Source of the DNA: Leptolyngbyaceae cyanobacterium
Lineage (GTDB): Bacteria; Cyanobacteriota; Cyanobacteriia; Phormidesmidales; Phormidesmidaceae
Direction of reading: 5' to 3'
Assembly: GCA_965263355.1 (NCBI GenBank)
Contig: CBDHHL010000046.1
Span: forward strand, 98,554-162,553
DNA: 64,000 nucleotides
Shown: positions 19,689 through 27,610 of the stretch, one piece after another
Numbering within the stretch: the stretch's first letter is position 1
Layout: every line of letters begins with the position of its first letter
Position numbers and translations under genes: made by a program
The notes under the pieces: generated by a model
Told to the model about the DNA's origin: nothing
What the model saw: the letters and a program-made list of their open reading frames with translations, nothing else
Databases searched by the model: none

Positions 19689-20294
19689 GTGGTGAGTCCC
19701 CAAATATTACTGGTTAAGTACTCCAAAAAATCCGAGAAACTATTCTTGGAATTACTGCAACATAGCAACTCAATTGAAAACGACGTCGCACTCGAGACTC
19801 TGAAACAGATCGGACCTATAGAACCTTCCAGCGAGGGAGTAACAAGTCTCCCTCTCAAAGGTCCTTTAATCCTGATGATGCCCACTTCCGTGAAATACAT
19901 CTCAGAGGAGATCTCCATACCAGGTGATACTGTGGAAACGATTGAAAATTTTGCCATCCGAAAAACTGTCGAACACTTTGACGGAAGTACAATTAGGGCA
20001 GCTAGGGTCCTTGGTATAAGCCAAAGGAAAATCCAAGCAAAACTTAAGCAATGGAGAAAAGAAGAAGCAGAGTTAGAACGTAAGAAATCTAACCTAGAGG
20101 AATTTCAAACATTGTGCCCGTATTGCCATTCAATTTGTTGTTGCGAAACTTCTCAAAGCGTCGATGGAAATCTAGAGCAATGTGCCCCCTATACCTGCGA
20201 TAGTTGTGGTGCTCGGGAAATAGGGTTAGAAAATCCAACCGGTTTAGAAGGCATAGAACGAAAAACAGGGTGGTATCGAGGCCCAATCCAGTAA
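19689..20294 (+). CDS. Fis-type HTH (sigma54-activator C-terminus) fused to a Zn-ribbon
   Basis: IPGDTVETIENFAIRKTVEHFDGSTIRAARVLGISQRKIQAKL; CPYC...CDSC. Confidence 0.75.
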   Translation: MVSPQILLVKYSKKSEKLFLELLQHSNSIENDVALETLKQIGPIEPSSEGVTSLPLKGPLILMMPTSVKYISEEISIPGDTVETIENFAIRKTVEHFDGSTIRAARVLGISQRKIQAKLKQWRKEEAELERKKSNLEEFQTLCPYCHSICCCETSQSVDGNLEQCAPYTCDSCGAREIGLENPTGLEGIERKTGWYRGPIQ

Positions 20295-20338
20295 AATAAA
20301 AATGTCCTAGGAAGCAATACCCCGCTTCCTAGGACGTT
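20293..20338 (-). terminator. Intrinsic terminator closing the ncRNA
   Basis: GTCCTAGGAAGC/GCTTCCTAGGAC stem followed by a T-rich tract on the minus strand. Confidence 0.8.
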
Positions 20339-20388
20339 GGGTTGAGACTTAGATTGTTGGCGACGATTAAGTTGTGCCTGAACTTGAT

Positions 20389-20458
20389 GCTCACGCTCTC
20401 CCGTTGAGCTACCACCCCATAAAGAGGAGTGGGCGGGATTTGAACCCACACACTGAGC
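20389..20458 (-). ncRNA. Circularly permuted tRNA-like domain 2
   Basis: GCTCA GTGT GTGGG-TTCAAAT-CCCGC CCACTCC-loop-GGGGTGG TA GCTC-AACGGGA-GAGC G TGAGC. Confidence 0.8.
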
Positions 20459-20525
20459 CTAAAACACAACGATTGATCCAACAAACTCAACAATGCTAAA
20501 TTTCTGAGGAATAAATTAAGATTAA

Positions 20526-20610
20526 CATCCCTGCGTCTACCAATTCCGCCACCCTTTTTCTGTCATAAAAGGGACAGGACTCGAACCTGCATGTCCATGG
20601 GACTAGGATG
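20526..20610 (-). ncRNA. Circularly permuted tRNA-Leu-like domain 1, with variable arm
   Basis: CATCCT A GTCC-CAT-GGAC AT GCAGG-TTCGAGT-CCTGT CCCTTTT-loop-AAAAGGG TG GCG-GAATTGGTAGA-CGC A GGGATG. Confidence 0.8.
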
Positions 20611-20688
20611 ATATCAATCTAAAACTGAATTTTAGCTTGCCTCAGTGAACGACTCGTTCACTGAGATAGTTCTAACCAAAAAATGAAA

Positions 20689-21420
20689 CTAAGACAAGAT
20701 AAAATTAAAAATACGTTCCCCAACAGGTATCTTTTTTGCGACCGTTTCATTCGCCGCTTCTCGAGCCATTTTCACGGCATCGATGAGCAGCTCAACTCTT
20801 TTTCGTAGCTCCGCCTTCCTCGGTGCGGGACACGCTGCTGAAAAGTTGACGGTGGTCCAACTACCAACCACCTCGTCCATGTGGACTAATTCAGTTTGTG
20901 CTGGATGATGTTCTGTCGCTTCATATTTGACGATGACCTTTGGGATTTTTCGGGTTTTAGAGGTGTTTACTGGCTCAGAGCGAAACAGCCCTGTTGCTGG
21001 ATCAACGGTCCAATTTTGAGCTGAGTCAAGCTCTGGGATCTTACTAATTTCATCCTTTAGGTCATTCAATTGCTTTTCCAGAAAAAGCAGGTAAGTTGCC
21101 GGAGCACCCTTAATAATGACCCGTTCCCCCACAACCACGTCTGCTTTAGCTTCACAATTAGCCCAATCTTTTTGCGCAGTAACATCCAACAGTCCGGTCA
21201 TGTTATCTGCAATATCTTGCAGTAATTGATCTGTTTGGCACTGCACCTTGGAAGACTCCCCAGAAAAGTCTTCTCCATCTTCATCCCGCTTTTGGTATGT
21301 GCGAGTCATTCCGTTAAATAGGTTGGGTTTTTGGAAAGTTTTGTACGTTTGGGTCAAAAAAGCAAAGCAACGGCTCTTTACACCCTTTTCTATTGCAATA
21401 ACCTGGTTCAATTTAGTCAT
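20689..21420 (-). CDS. Conserved hypothetical protein of the MTKLNQ(V/I)IA(I/V)EKG family (recalled as DUF7873-like; unverified)
   Basis: KLNQVIAIEKGVKS, GMTRTY, DWANCEAKADVVV, PATYLLFLEKQL, VKYEATEHHPAQ, AVKMAREAAN. Confidence 0.8.
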   Translation of the reverse strand: MTKLNQVIAIEKGVKSRCFAFLTQTYKTFQKPNLFNGMTRTYQKRDEDGEDFSGESSKVQCQTDQLLQDIADNMTGLLDVTAQKDWANCEAKADVVVGERVIIKGAPATYLLFLEKQLNDLKDEISKIPELDSAQNWTVDPATGLFRSEPVNTSKTRKIPKVIVKYEATEHHPAQTELVHMDEVVGSWTTVNFSAACPAPRKAELRKRVELLIDAVKMAREAANETVAKKIPVGERIFNFILS

Positions 21421-21522
21421 TAAAAATGGCCTACCGGAAAAACGGGCCGAGTGCAAAGTTTGTTTGTTTTGTCCCTATTCCTTCATCTCTCTGTCACGCT
21501 ATTCGCTGAATATGTGCCACGC

Positions 21523-21822
21523 ATGAGTGAACAGTATAGTGCTATCGCACGATTTTTAGATTTATCCGAAGAGGCAGTGAAATGCCTTCACGAGTGGATT
21601 TCACTCGTTGAATCTGCTCAAGAAAATACGGAAATCGCTGAGGGGACTCTTTTGACAAAAGAAGAGGACCCAAAAGTTTTGAGGGAGCTCGAAGGAAAAG
21701 GGTACCTTACCGAAGAAGCACAAGGGTTCAAGCTAAACGAGCCATTTTTGAGAAACCGCTTAATTGCGATCAATATTTTTGCGAATCAACACCTTAGGTC
21801 TGAAGACGAAGTTCCGTCATAA
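21523..21822 (+). CDS. Winged-helix-like protein, paralog of 41148..41459
   Basis: ARFLDLSEEAVKCLHEW...ELEGKGYL. Confidence 0.6.
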   Translation: MSEQYSAIARFLDLSEEAVKCLHEWISLVESAQENTEIAEGTLLTKEEDPKVLRELEGKGYLTEEAQGFKLNEPFLRNRLIAINIFANQHLRSEDEVPS

Positions 21823-22120
21823 TCTTCTTGATTGTCTCACAATAAGTCTGTAAAGTAGATCTTTGCCATTCTTCTAATTCGACTGAGTCCTCTATTTTCG
21901 ACATCAACATAAAGATTATATGAAATAGTTCCCTATCTGGGATTTTATCCTTTGCCGGTTGTTGGCCATCTACACTGCACCAAGCCACGTTTAAGCCACC
22001 GTTTGGCTCTCGGAGTATGGAAGCTAACAAAAGTGCATCACAACCTCCCAAGCCTTCTGCTTCAAGCTCTTCTTTTGAAAAATCGCCTTGTTCTATATTG
22101 TACCTGATGGAGTAATTCAT
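21794..22120 (-). CDS. Hypothetical protein
   Basis: 108-aa ORF. Confidence 0.65.
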   Translation of the reverse strand: MNYSIRYNIEQGDFSKEELEAEGLGGCDALLLASILREPNGGLNVAWCSVDGQQPAKDKIPDRELFHIIFMLMSKIEDSVELEEWQRSTLQTYCETIKKIMTELRLQT

Positions 22121-22283
22121 CTCGTACCTTACTCAACACAATTGTATTTTAGAGGCTAGCATTGGCTACGACGATATGGCATAAAAGCCAAGACGGGTCT
22201 GAAAGCGGTGTTCGAGCTTGGATCTTCACTTTGGGGTGCATGTTGATTAGCTATGTTAGACGGACACTCTAACATAGCCTCTT

Positions 22284-22357
22284 AGGCCTTTAGCTCAATT
22301 GGATAGAGCAACCGAGGACTTTTCGGTAGGTTCGGGGTTCGAATCCTTGAGGGCCTG
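22284..22357 (+). tRNA. tRNA-like gene with an Arg-type body and a non-canonical anticodon loop (GGACTTT); no encoded CCA
   Basis: AGGCCTT/AGGGCCT acceptor, GCTC-AATTGGATA-GAGC D-arm, ACCGA/TCGGT anticodon stem, CGGGG-TTCGAAT-CCTTG T-arm. Confidence 0.75.
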
Positions 22358-22446
22358 AGGGAGGAGATGACAATAAATTTTCTCCCCCGTAGCGAACAAC
22401 TTTTGAACAAAGTTATGCCTGCATTGTCATCTCCTCTCGTTAATCT

Positions 22447-22475
22447 TGAAATTAGCCCGAACTTATTGGGGTAAG
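22447..22475 (+). promoter_or_regulatory. Class-A promoter variant TGAAA-N19-GTAAG
   Basis: GTG 6 nt downstream; TAAGAATTAGGTGAA context identical to 42227. Confidence 0.7.
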
Positions 22476-22481
22476 AATTAG

Positions 22482-22559
22482 GTGAACAAAATCACAAGCG
22501 CACTCGCGCACATCGAACACGCTTTCCTAAGTCTCGGCCCAATCGAGGAAGCAGTATAG
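22482..22559 (+). CDS. 25-aa leaderless peptide MNKITSALAHIEHAFLSLGPIEEAV
   Basis: Fills the space between a class-A promoter and a TTTTAGCTA terminator. Confidence 0.6.
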   Translation: MNKITSALAHIEHAFLSLGPIEEAV

Positions 22560-22560
22560 A

Positions 22561-22603
22561 GAGGGGGATGGGTAGTATAAAAGCTATTCATCTCTTTTAG
22601 CTA
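22561..22603 (+). terminator. Hairpin plus TTTTAGCTA
   Basis: GGGATGGGTAG/CTATTCATCTC stem; AGTATAAAAGCT top identical to the hairpin at 12833-12864. Confidence 0.75.
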
Positions 22604-22977
22604 ATAGATAAACTGGCTTCTGTCATGGTGTTGCGCCCAAAAGAACTTTCGAGCATATTTTTTAGCCTAGAAATTTCGTCAAGAAGTTCACAGGTATCCC
22701 TCGATTTGAAAGTATTGATTTCAGACTCAGCCATCTTCCTGAACTTGCCATTAGAAACTAGCGTTCCCCAGGATGTTGTGGAAGAGCCTTCAAACTCCCA
22801 AACTGCCCAAGTAAAGTTCTCTCGGTCGCAATGATTCCAACGAGATAATATCGCGGAGGTCAGTCGGAGAAGGTCATGTCGCTCTATGACTTGGTTGTGG
22901 CTAAGAATCTTAACATTCTCGAGTTTGGCTTCTGCCTCTGGTAAAAGTAGTAGAAATATTTGGAACTTGATTTTCAT
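22597..22977 (-). CDS. Hypothetical protein
   Basis: 126-aa ORF. Confidence 0.55.
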   Translation of the reverse strand: MKIKFQIFLLLLPEAEAKLENVKILSHNQVIERHDLLRLTSAILSRWNHCDRENFTWAVWEFEGSSTTSWGTLVSNGKFRKMAESEINTFKSRDTCELLDEISRLKNMLESSFGRNTMTEASLSIS

Positions 22978-23300
22978 TTGAGCCTATTTCTAGTTGCTGC
23001 CTGTGACGTAAGAACGTCGTCCACGCGACTTTTTAAGCCTTCTCGATCAACCCAGGAGAAATTGTAAAAGAATCGCAAATAGGCCTGTGCCCCTGTCTCA
23101 GACACTAAATACTTTGGTCGCGGACTTCTATCGGATATTAACAATCCTCTGTCGCTCAATTTTTTAAGCCGTGTGTTAAGACCGGATTCCACCACATCCG
23201 GATTTCTTCGTGCTACAGACACTGCCTGAAGCAAAGGATAGCAAAACAACGTGTCAATAATTAGCGCATCTGCGTGTGTAATAATAATACTATCAGTCAT
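22974..23300 (-). CDS. Winged-helix DNA-binding-like protein
   Basis: LNTRLKKLSDRGLL...KYLVSETG. Confidence 0.6.
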   Translation of the reverse strand: MTDSIIITHADALIIDTLFCYPLLQAVSVARRNPDVVESGLNTRLKKLSDRGLLISDRSPRPKYLVSETGAQAYLRFFYNFSWVDREGLKSRVDDVLTSQAATRNRLK

Positions 23301-23440
23301 GATTACTCAGGGGTTGGTATGCACGAAGACTTCTCCTGCTGCTTCTGCCTTCTGTATGGTGCATACCAACATAAGCTTGATAACAAAGTTTTTCACATAA
23401 TGCACGAAGATTTTGCTTTTGTGTGCAAAGTCTGGGTACG

Positions 23441-23812
23441 ATGCAAGCTATGCAATCACGCATAATCCTTGTAGAAAATAATGAACATACGCGTAAGGCT
23501 TTATTTACGTTGCTGGAGCATGCGCAAGAAGTTACAAATCCAGCCAGTCTTACTGCATTGGATCAGTTAGCGAAAGAAGACCTGATGGGAGAGAAGAATC
23601 TTGAAACTGGCTTAGAGCCTAGTAACCTAACAGCAATTTTGCTTTCTGCCCACTCTTACGCAGGGAAAACTCTTAAGCAAGTCAAGCAAATGCTAATTTC
23701 GGAAGCTCTAGAAGCCTGCAACCACAATACTTCCAAGGCAGCAAAAATGCTTGGCTTGAGCACACGAACGGTCCAATACCAACGGGCCCGTTGGCGTAAC
23801 GAATCAATTTAG
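23441..23812 (+). CDS. Mini NtrC-like protein: receiver-like start plus Fis HTH, no AAA+ domain
   Basis: RIILVENNEHTRKAL; GKTLKQVKQMLISEALEACNHNTSKAAKMLGLSTRTVQY. Confidence 0.75.
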   Translation: MQAMQSRIILVENNEHTRKALFTLLEHAQEVTNPASLTALDQLAKEDLMGEKNLETGLEPSNLTAILLSAHSYAGKTLKQVKQMLISEALEACNHNTSKAAKMLGLSTRTVQYQRARWRNESI

Positions 23813-23852
23813 TTGTTACATGAACTTATTGTGAGAGGGGTACTCCTACAAT

Positions 23853-23868
23853 AATGACACGTGTCATT
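23853..23868. promoter_or_regulatory. Palindrome AATGACACGTGTCATT
   Basis: Exact second copy, intergenic. Confidence 0.7.
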
Positions 23869-23881
23869 TCGAGGGAAAATA

Positions 23882-24016
23882 ATGAAGTACTTAATAGTAT
23901 TAACGGTGGGTTTTATTTTGGGTGTGATGATCGGACGTTTCCAGTCCGATCGAATTCAGGTATTGGAAACTATGATTATAGACCGTGCCTCTTCTTACAT
24001 AGAAGCGCGGAAATAA
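23882..24016 (+). CDS. 44-aa single-TM protein (not in the ORF track)
   Basis: MKYLIVLTVGFILGVMIGRFQSDRIQVLE...; GAGGGA SD. Confidence 0.55.
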   Translation: MKYLIVLTVGFILGVMIGRFQSDRIQVLETMIIDRASSYIEARK

Positions 24017-24402
24017 CCCTCCGCAATCGATTGAGATACATTTAAATCATGAATTACGTCATAGATTTTCTGGTCTAATACGAACTTCAATATTTCTTTT
24101 TCTTCATCTTCGGTCATTAGCCGGGTCTCTCCAGCCTTTTTAAAATTCTCGAAAGAGCTTCCTATGGTGGCTGTGGAAGACCACTGCCACCACTGGCCCC
24201 CCTTCAACTCTTCATTACCGAGTAGCATCGGTCCAATTACATCTAGTCCGAATTGCTCTATCGGGTACACATGATCTAGGAATGCAACCTGTTTGATGAC
24301 CCGAATATCTCTGGGGAGGGCGGGTTGCCCCTCCTCCCCAACAATCCTAAAAGAAAGTTTAAGAGTGATATTTTGGTGAGTGGTGTTGTTTGTGTTTGTC
24401 AT
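23995..24402 (-). CDS. Hypothetical protein
   Basis: 135-aa ORF. Confidence 0.6.
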   Translation of the reverse strand: MTNTNNTTHQNITLKLSFRIVGEEGQPALPRDIRVIKQVAFLDHVYPIEQFGLDVIGPMLLGNEELKGGQWWQWSSTATIGSSFENFKKAGETRLMTEDEEKEILKFVLDQKIYDVIHDLNVSQSIAEGYFRASM

Positions 24403-24494
24403 CGTGAAAACCGTTAAACCAGACTTCTTTTAGCCTGAGAATACGACACATAACCGACTAAATTTTTCTGAAACAATATGAGATAAGAAAGTCA

Positions 24495-25214
24495 ATGTTT
24501 ACAATCACAAATGAAATTGATCTCCAAAACTGGGTAAGAGCGCTCTTACTGGTGAATCCCGAACTGATGACTCGAATCCGGCTTTACCTTTCGATCGACC
24601 TCAAAGGCGAAGCCTTTCTCCTCAAGGCAGCAGCATCTAAAGAGGCTCAAGAAACCATACCGATTGAGATTTCCGGCATTTTCTGTGGGCTGTGTAGTGA
24701 CAAGCAAGAACAAGATACCTTGTGGAGAGTGCTGACTCAGTACAAAGTACTAGTCCAAGAAACTGCAAGAATTTTTGAACTTCACATTGACTATGTCGAG
24801 ACAGAGCTTGAGCAGAAAATAACTCTCCTCGCCTATTTGGGCGAAGAACAAGCAAGAATAGAAGAGGTTTTTGAAACAGATGAATCAAACGTATTCCAGT
24901 TCGAAGGCAACAGCTACCTCGTTGTTGATGATGAGGTAGCTGACGAAGAAATAAGAGAAAAACTCAGTTCAGAGCTAAGCTCCTGGGTGAGTGCCGAGCG
25001 CTTGATGCAGTTCAGCATCGTTGGGAGGAATGTACTGAACGTAATACTCGAATCAAATCTACAACCGGAAGAGAAAAACGAAGCCCTCCTAAAACTCCTT
25101 CGAGATCCGGAAGAATTGCTAAAGGACCTAGTAGCTGAATTTGGCAGAGAACCGCTCTCAATTGATAATATAGAAGGAGAGCTAAATGGGCTCTTCATTT
25201 ACCGCATTGCATAG
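24495..25214 (+). CDS. Acidic hypothetical phage protein (leaderless)
   Basis: ATAAG-N7-ATG upstream; YLVVDDEVAD...FIYR. Confidence 0.75.
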   Translation: MFTITNEIDLQNWVRALLLVNPELMTRIRLYLSIDLKGEAFLLKAAASKEAQETIPIEISGIFCGLCSDKQEQDTLWRVLTQYKVLVQETARIFELHIDYVETELEQKITLLAYLGEEQARIEEVFETDESNVFQFEGNSYLVVDDEVADEEIREKLSSELSSWVSAERLMQFSIVGRNVLNVILESNLQPEEKNEALLKLLRDPEELLKDLVAEFGREPLSIDNIEGELNGLFIYRIA

Positions 25215-25227
25215 ATTCGAATAGTCA

Positions 25228-25542
25228 ATGTTACCTCTACCAAAAGAACTTTTTTCCTACGTCGAGCCGAGCATTGTCAAGAAGCTGAGAGGTTTTGACG
25301 AGCAGGATGCGAAGGAGTGGCTCGCGCTTGAACTCACAAATCAGGTCTGGGCTTCAGACCAAAACTGGAGCAAGATAATTGCTGAACATGGAAACCTTAG
25401 TGAATCAACCTTATTGACCGAAGTCGTTTCAAAAACAATAAAGTTTGGAGCCGCGACAGAGGGTTTCAAAAAGTTTTTTCTCCATAACAACGCCTCTTTA
25501 GATTTCTGCAGTTACGAGGAAATGCTCGAATATTGGGCATGA
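25228..25542 (+). CDS. Hypothetical protein
   Basis: 104-aa ORF. Confidence 0.65.
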   Translation: MLPLPKELFSYVEPSIVKKLRGFDEQDAKEWLALELTNQVWASDQNWSKIIAEHGNLSESTLLTEVVSKTIKFGAATEGFKKFFLHNNASLDFCSYEEMLEYWA

Positions 25543-25687
25543 GGCGGAACCAATTGCCCGCAGACAAACAAGTTACTCGTTACATCAAATTGCCGTCCTT
25601 GCTACAATTTGTAAAAACCGGTTTCGACTTAGACAAGGTGAACCTTCCTCTTCCGGACACAGGATTAGAAAATGTGTATGTACCTGG

Positions 25688-25716
25688 CGAAAGATGAGCG
25701 TTACTTTCGGCATAAG
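25688..25716 (+). promoter_or_regulatory. Class-A promoter variant CGAAA-N19-ATAAG
   Basis: ATG 6 nt downstream. Confidence 0.7.
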
Positions 25717-25722
25717 TAAAGA

Positions 25723-26034
25723 ATGGAACTACAGAGCACTATGCTCCTAAACTTCATTCTTGCTTGGCTAATCCTGTTCGGACTATCCTTTATCATAACT
25801 CTCTGTGTTGTCTATCCCTTAATGCGGCGCATCAGGGCAGAGAAACTATTCTGGTACTACAAGGGGCAGGTAGCTGGCATCCAGCGACACAGATGCCTAA
25901 CAAAGGCCCCCCGTGTCACCGCAGAAGCTCAATATGATGACCTCTTAAAAAGATTCCAAACTCAACCTGGTGTCACCAAGGCGAAAGTTAAGAAGCTTCA
26001 AAAGGTCATAGAGGAGGCCAAGAGAGGAGACTAG
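25723..26034 (+). CDS. Single-TM protein (leaderless)
   Basis: N-terminal hydrophobic helix. Confidence 0.7.
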   Translation: MELQSTMLLNFILAWLILFGLSFIITLCVVYPLMRRIRAEKLFWYYKGQVAGIQRHRCLTKAPRVTAEAQYDDLLKRFQTQPGVTKAKVKKLQKVIEEAKRGD

Positions 26035-26036
26035 CA

Positions 26037-26080
26037 AGGAGAAAAGAGTAGACTCTACATCTACTTTTTTCTTAGCTAGC
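26037..26080 (+). terminator. Hairpin plus TTAGCTAG
   Basis: GAAAAGAGTAGA/TCTACTTTTTTC stem. Confidence 0.7.
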
Positions 26081-26126
26081 ACATTCTTGTGGCAGTTTTG
26101 CCACAGAGCAACCTTATAAGTTAAAC

Positions 26127-26525
26127 ATGACTTCTACAGAAGCATTCTGGATTGAACTTAAACCAGCTGGAAAATGGCTCAAAAACAATGTTCCCTTGAT
26201 GGAACAATGGACAACACTACTCCAGCAAAAGGGAAAAGAAACAGTGCTCAAGTTCATGATGAACTATGCGGCGAATCTTCTAGAATCTAAAATTATCCTT
26301 CCACCACCACCAGTGCATCGGTATGACTCGGATGCAGATAAGCTACTCTCAAAACAAGATAAAACCGAACTTCTAGAGATACTAGATCAACAATTAGAAA
26401 CTAGCTCCCTTAATGAGGAGCAAAAGGATGCTGTGCGAAAGTGTCTCGGTCGGGTATTGGAAGCAGAAGTAGAATATGGAGAACTGGCCATTGCTTGTGA
26501 AGACGACGATACTTTTGTTGGTTGA
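26127..26525 (+). CDS. Hypothetical protein
   Basis: TATAAG-N6-ATG upstream. Confidence 0.7.
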   Translation: MTSTEAFWIELKPAGKWLKNNVPLMEQWTTLLQQKGKETVLKFMMNYAANLLESKIILPPPPVHRYDSDADKLLSKQDKTELLEILDQQLETSSLNEEQKDAVRKCLGRVLEAEVEYGELAIACEDDDTFVG

Positions 26526-26564
26526 ATCATTTTCCAAAAAGACATATTCGCACGGAGACCGATA

Positions 26565-26816
26565 ATGCCAAATAAACTACCTACACCAGAAGAGCTATGG
26601 GATCCAGACGAAGTTCGAGACGCAGTCTATGACGCTCTCGGAGAAATGATGAAAAACAATAAAGTGCTCAGAGCCCAGCTAACTAGCCAATGGGTCAAAG
26701 ACGGGCATTTAGTAGAGCGAAAGATCAAGCACGATCATCTTGGTACGGCTACTGAGATCGATGAGGAAAAATTCCTGGCGCTCTGTTGGATTTTACGAGA
26801 CCACATAATCTTTTAA
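26565..26816 (+). CDS. Hypothetical protein
   Basis: GGAG SD. Confidence 0.65.
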   Translation: MPNKLPTPEELWDPDEVRDAVYDALGEMMKNNKVLRAQLTSQWVKDGHLVERKIKHDHLGTATEIDEEKFLALCWILRDHIIF

Positions 26817-26818
26817 AT

Positions 26819-27610
26819 ATGAGAAAACCAAAAATCCACGAACTCAAAATTCCCACTCATGACATACAAGCTCTTTGGAGAGGGACAAAGAAATCGGAAA
26901 TCCGGATCAATGATCGAGATTTTCAACCCAACGACTATATCCTATTTCGGGAGTGGTGCGATGAGGACTTAAAGTTCTTAAAAGGAACAATATCCACACA
27001 AATCACTTACATCCTAGACCGAGATATAGGCCTCGCAGAAGGCTACGTTATGCTTTGTTTAGTAAAGATAGCTGACGACCTTCCTATCTTATCAGATGTA
27101 GCTCGAGCCACGCGTATATTCGCCTATAAAAGTGACGACACTGTGGTGGAATTTGAAAAATTTGGTCGAGTGGATACCTTTGAAAAACTCCAAGTCACAC
27201 ACGCAAAGTGTCAGGTGATACCAAATTACGGAGAATTTTTAGCAGTGTACGGCCCTGAAGGGCGTCTCACACCCTATCAAATGAATGTTAGAACATCCCG
27301 TTTAGATACAGAAGACGGAGAGTTCTTTTCATTTTGTGGGCATCAAGTATCTGACTTCGATCCACGTGTGGAGCCACTGTTAGATCAGGTTAAGAACTTG
27401 CTGATGGATGAACTGCATAGCCTCACTTGGTCTATGAGGACCAAGCCAGAAGTCTGGAAAATCTTCAAAAAGGCGAAACGCGACGAAGACCCAGAACCTC
27501 ACATTCAACAACTCTATGCTTTGGGGCTACAAGTAACCCCAGAAACATTCTCTTACACCCATAATCTCCTCCACAGCCAAGAGATCCCACAACCTTTAAT
27601 TAGGGATTAG
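26819..27610 (+). CDS. ASCH/DUF3850-like N-terminal domain protein
   Basis: IHELKI...GTKKSEIRINDRDFQPND.ILFREW...ITYI...GLAEGYVML. Confidence 0.75.
   Translation: MRKPKIHELKIPTHDIQALWRGTKKSEIRINDRDFQPNDYILFREWCDEDLKFLKGTISTQITYILDRDIGLAEGYVMLCLVKIADDLPILSDVARATRIFAYKSDDTVVEFEKFGRVDTFEKLQVTHAKCQVIPNYGEFLAVYGPEGRLTPYQMNVRTSRLDTEDGEFFSFCGHQVSDFDPRVEPLLDQVKNLLMDELHSLTWSMRTKPEVWKIFKKAKRDEDPEPHIQQLYALGLQVTPETFSYTHNLLHSQEIPQPLIRD

Larger units (their letters stand above)
20293..20665 (-). ncRNA. Structured RNA with two arms, each ending in a circularly permuted tRNA-like domain (YrlA-like topology)
   Basis: T-arm > closed acceptor stem > D-arm order at 20526-20610 and 20389-20458; nested flanking helices; own terminator. 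Confidence 0.75.

Noticed and set aside
20189..20449. 86-aa minus-strand ORF (MGSNPAHSS...)
   Set aside because: It is the translation of the tRNA-like T-loop and terminator region, a shadow of the ncRNA.
20389..20610. Ordinary tRNA genes or two-piece tmRNA
   Set aside because: The arm order is permuted with closed acceptor stems, and there is no anticodon or CCA. Full D-stems and the lack of an Ala-type acceptor end argue against tmRNA.
22284..22357. Functional tRNA-Ser(ACT)
   Set aside because: No long variable arm, no U33, no purine 37, and an Arg-like body.
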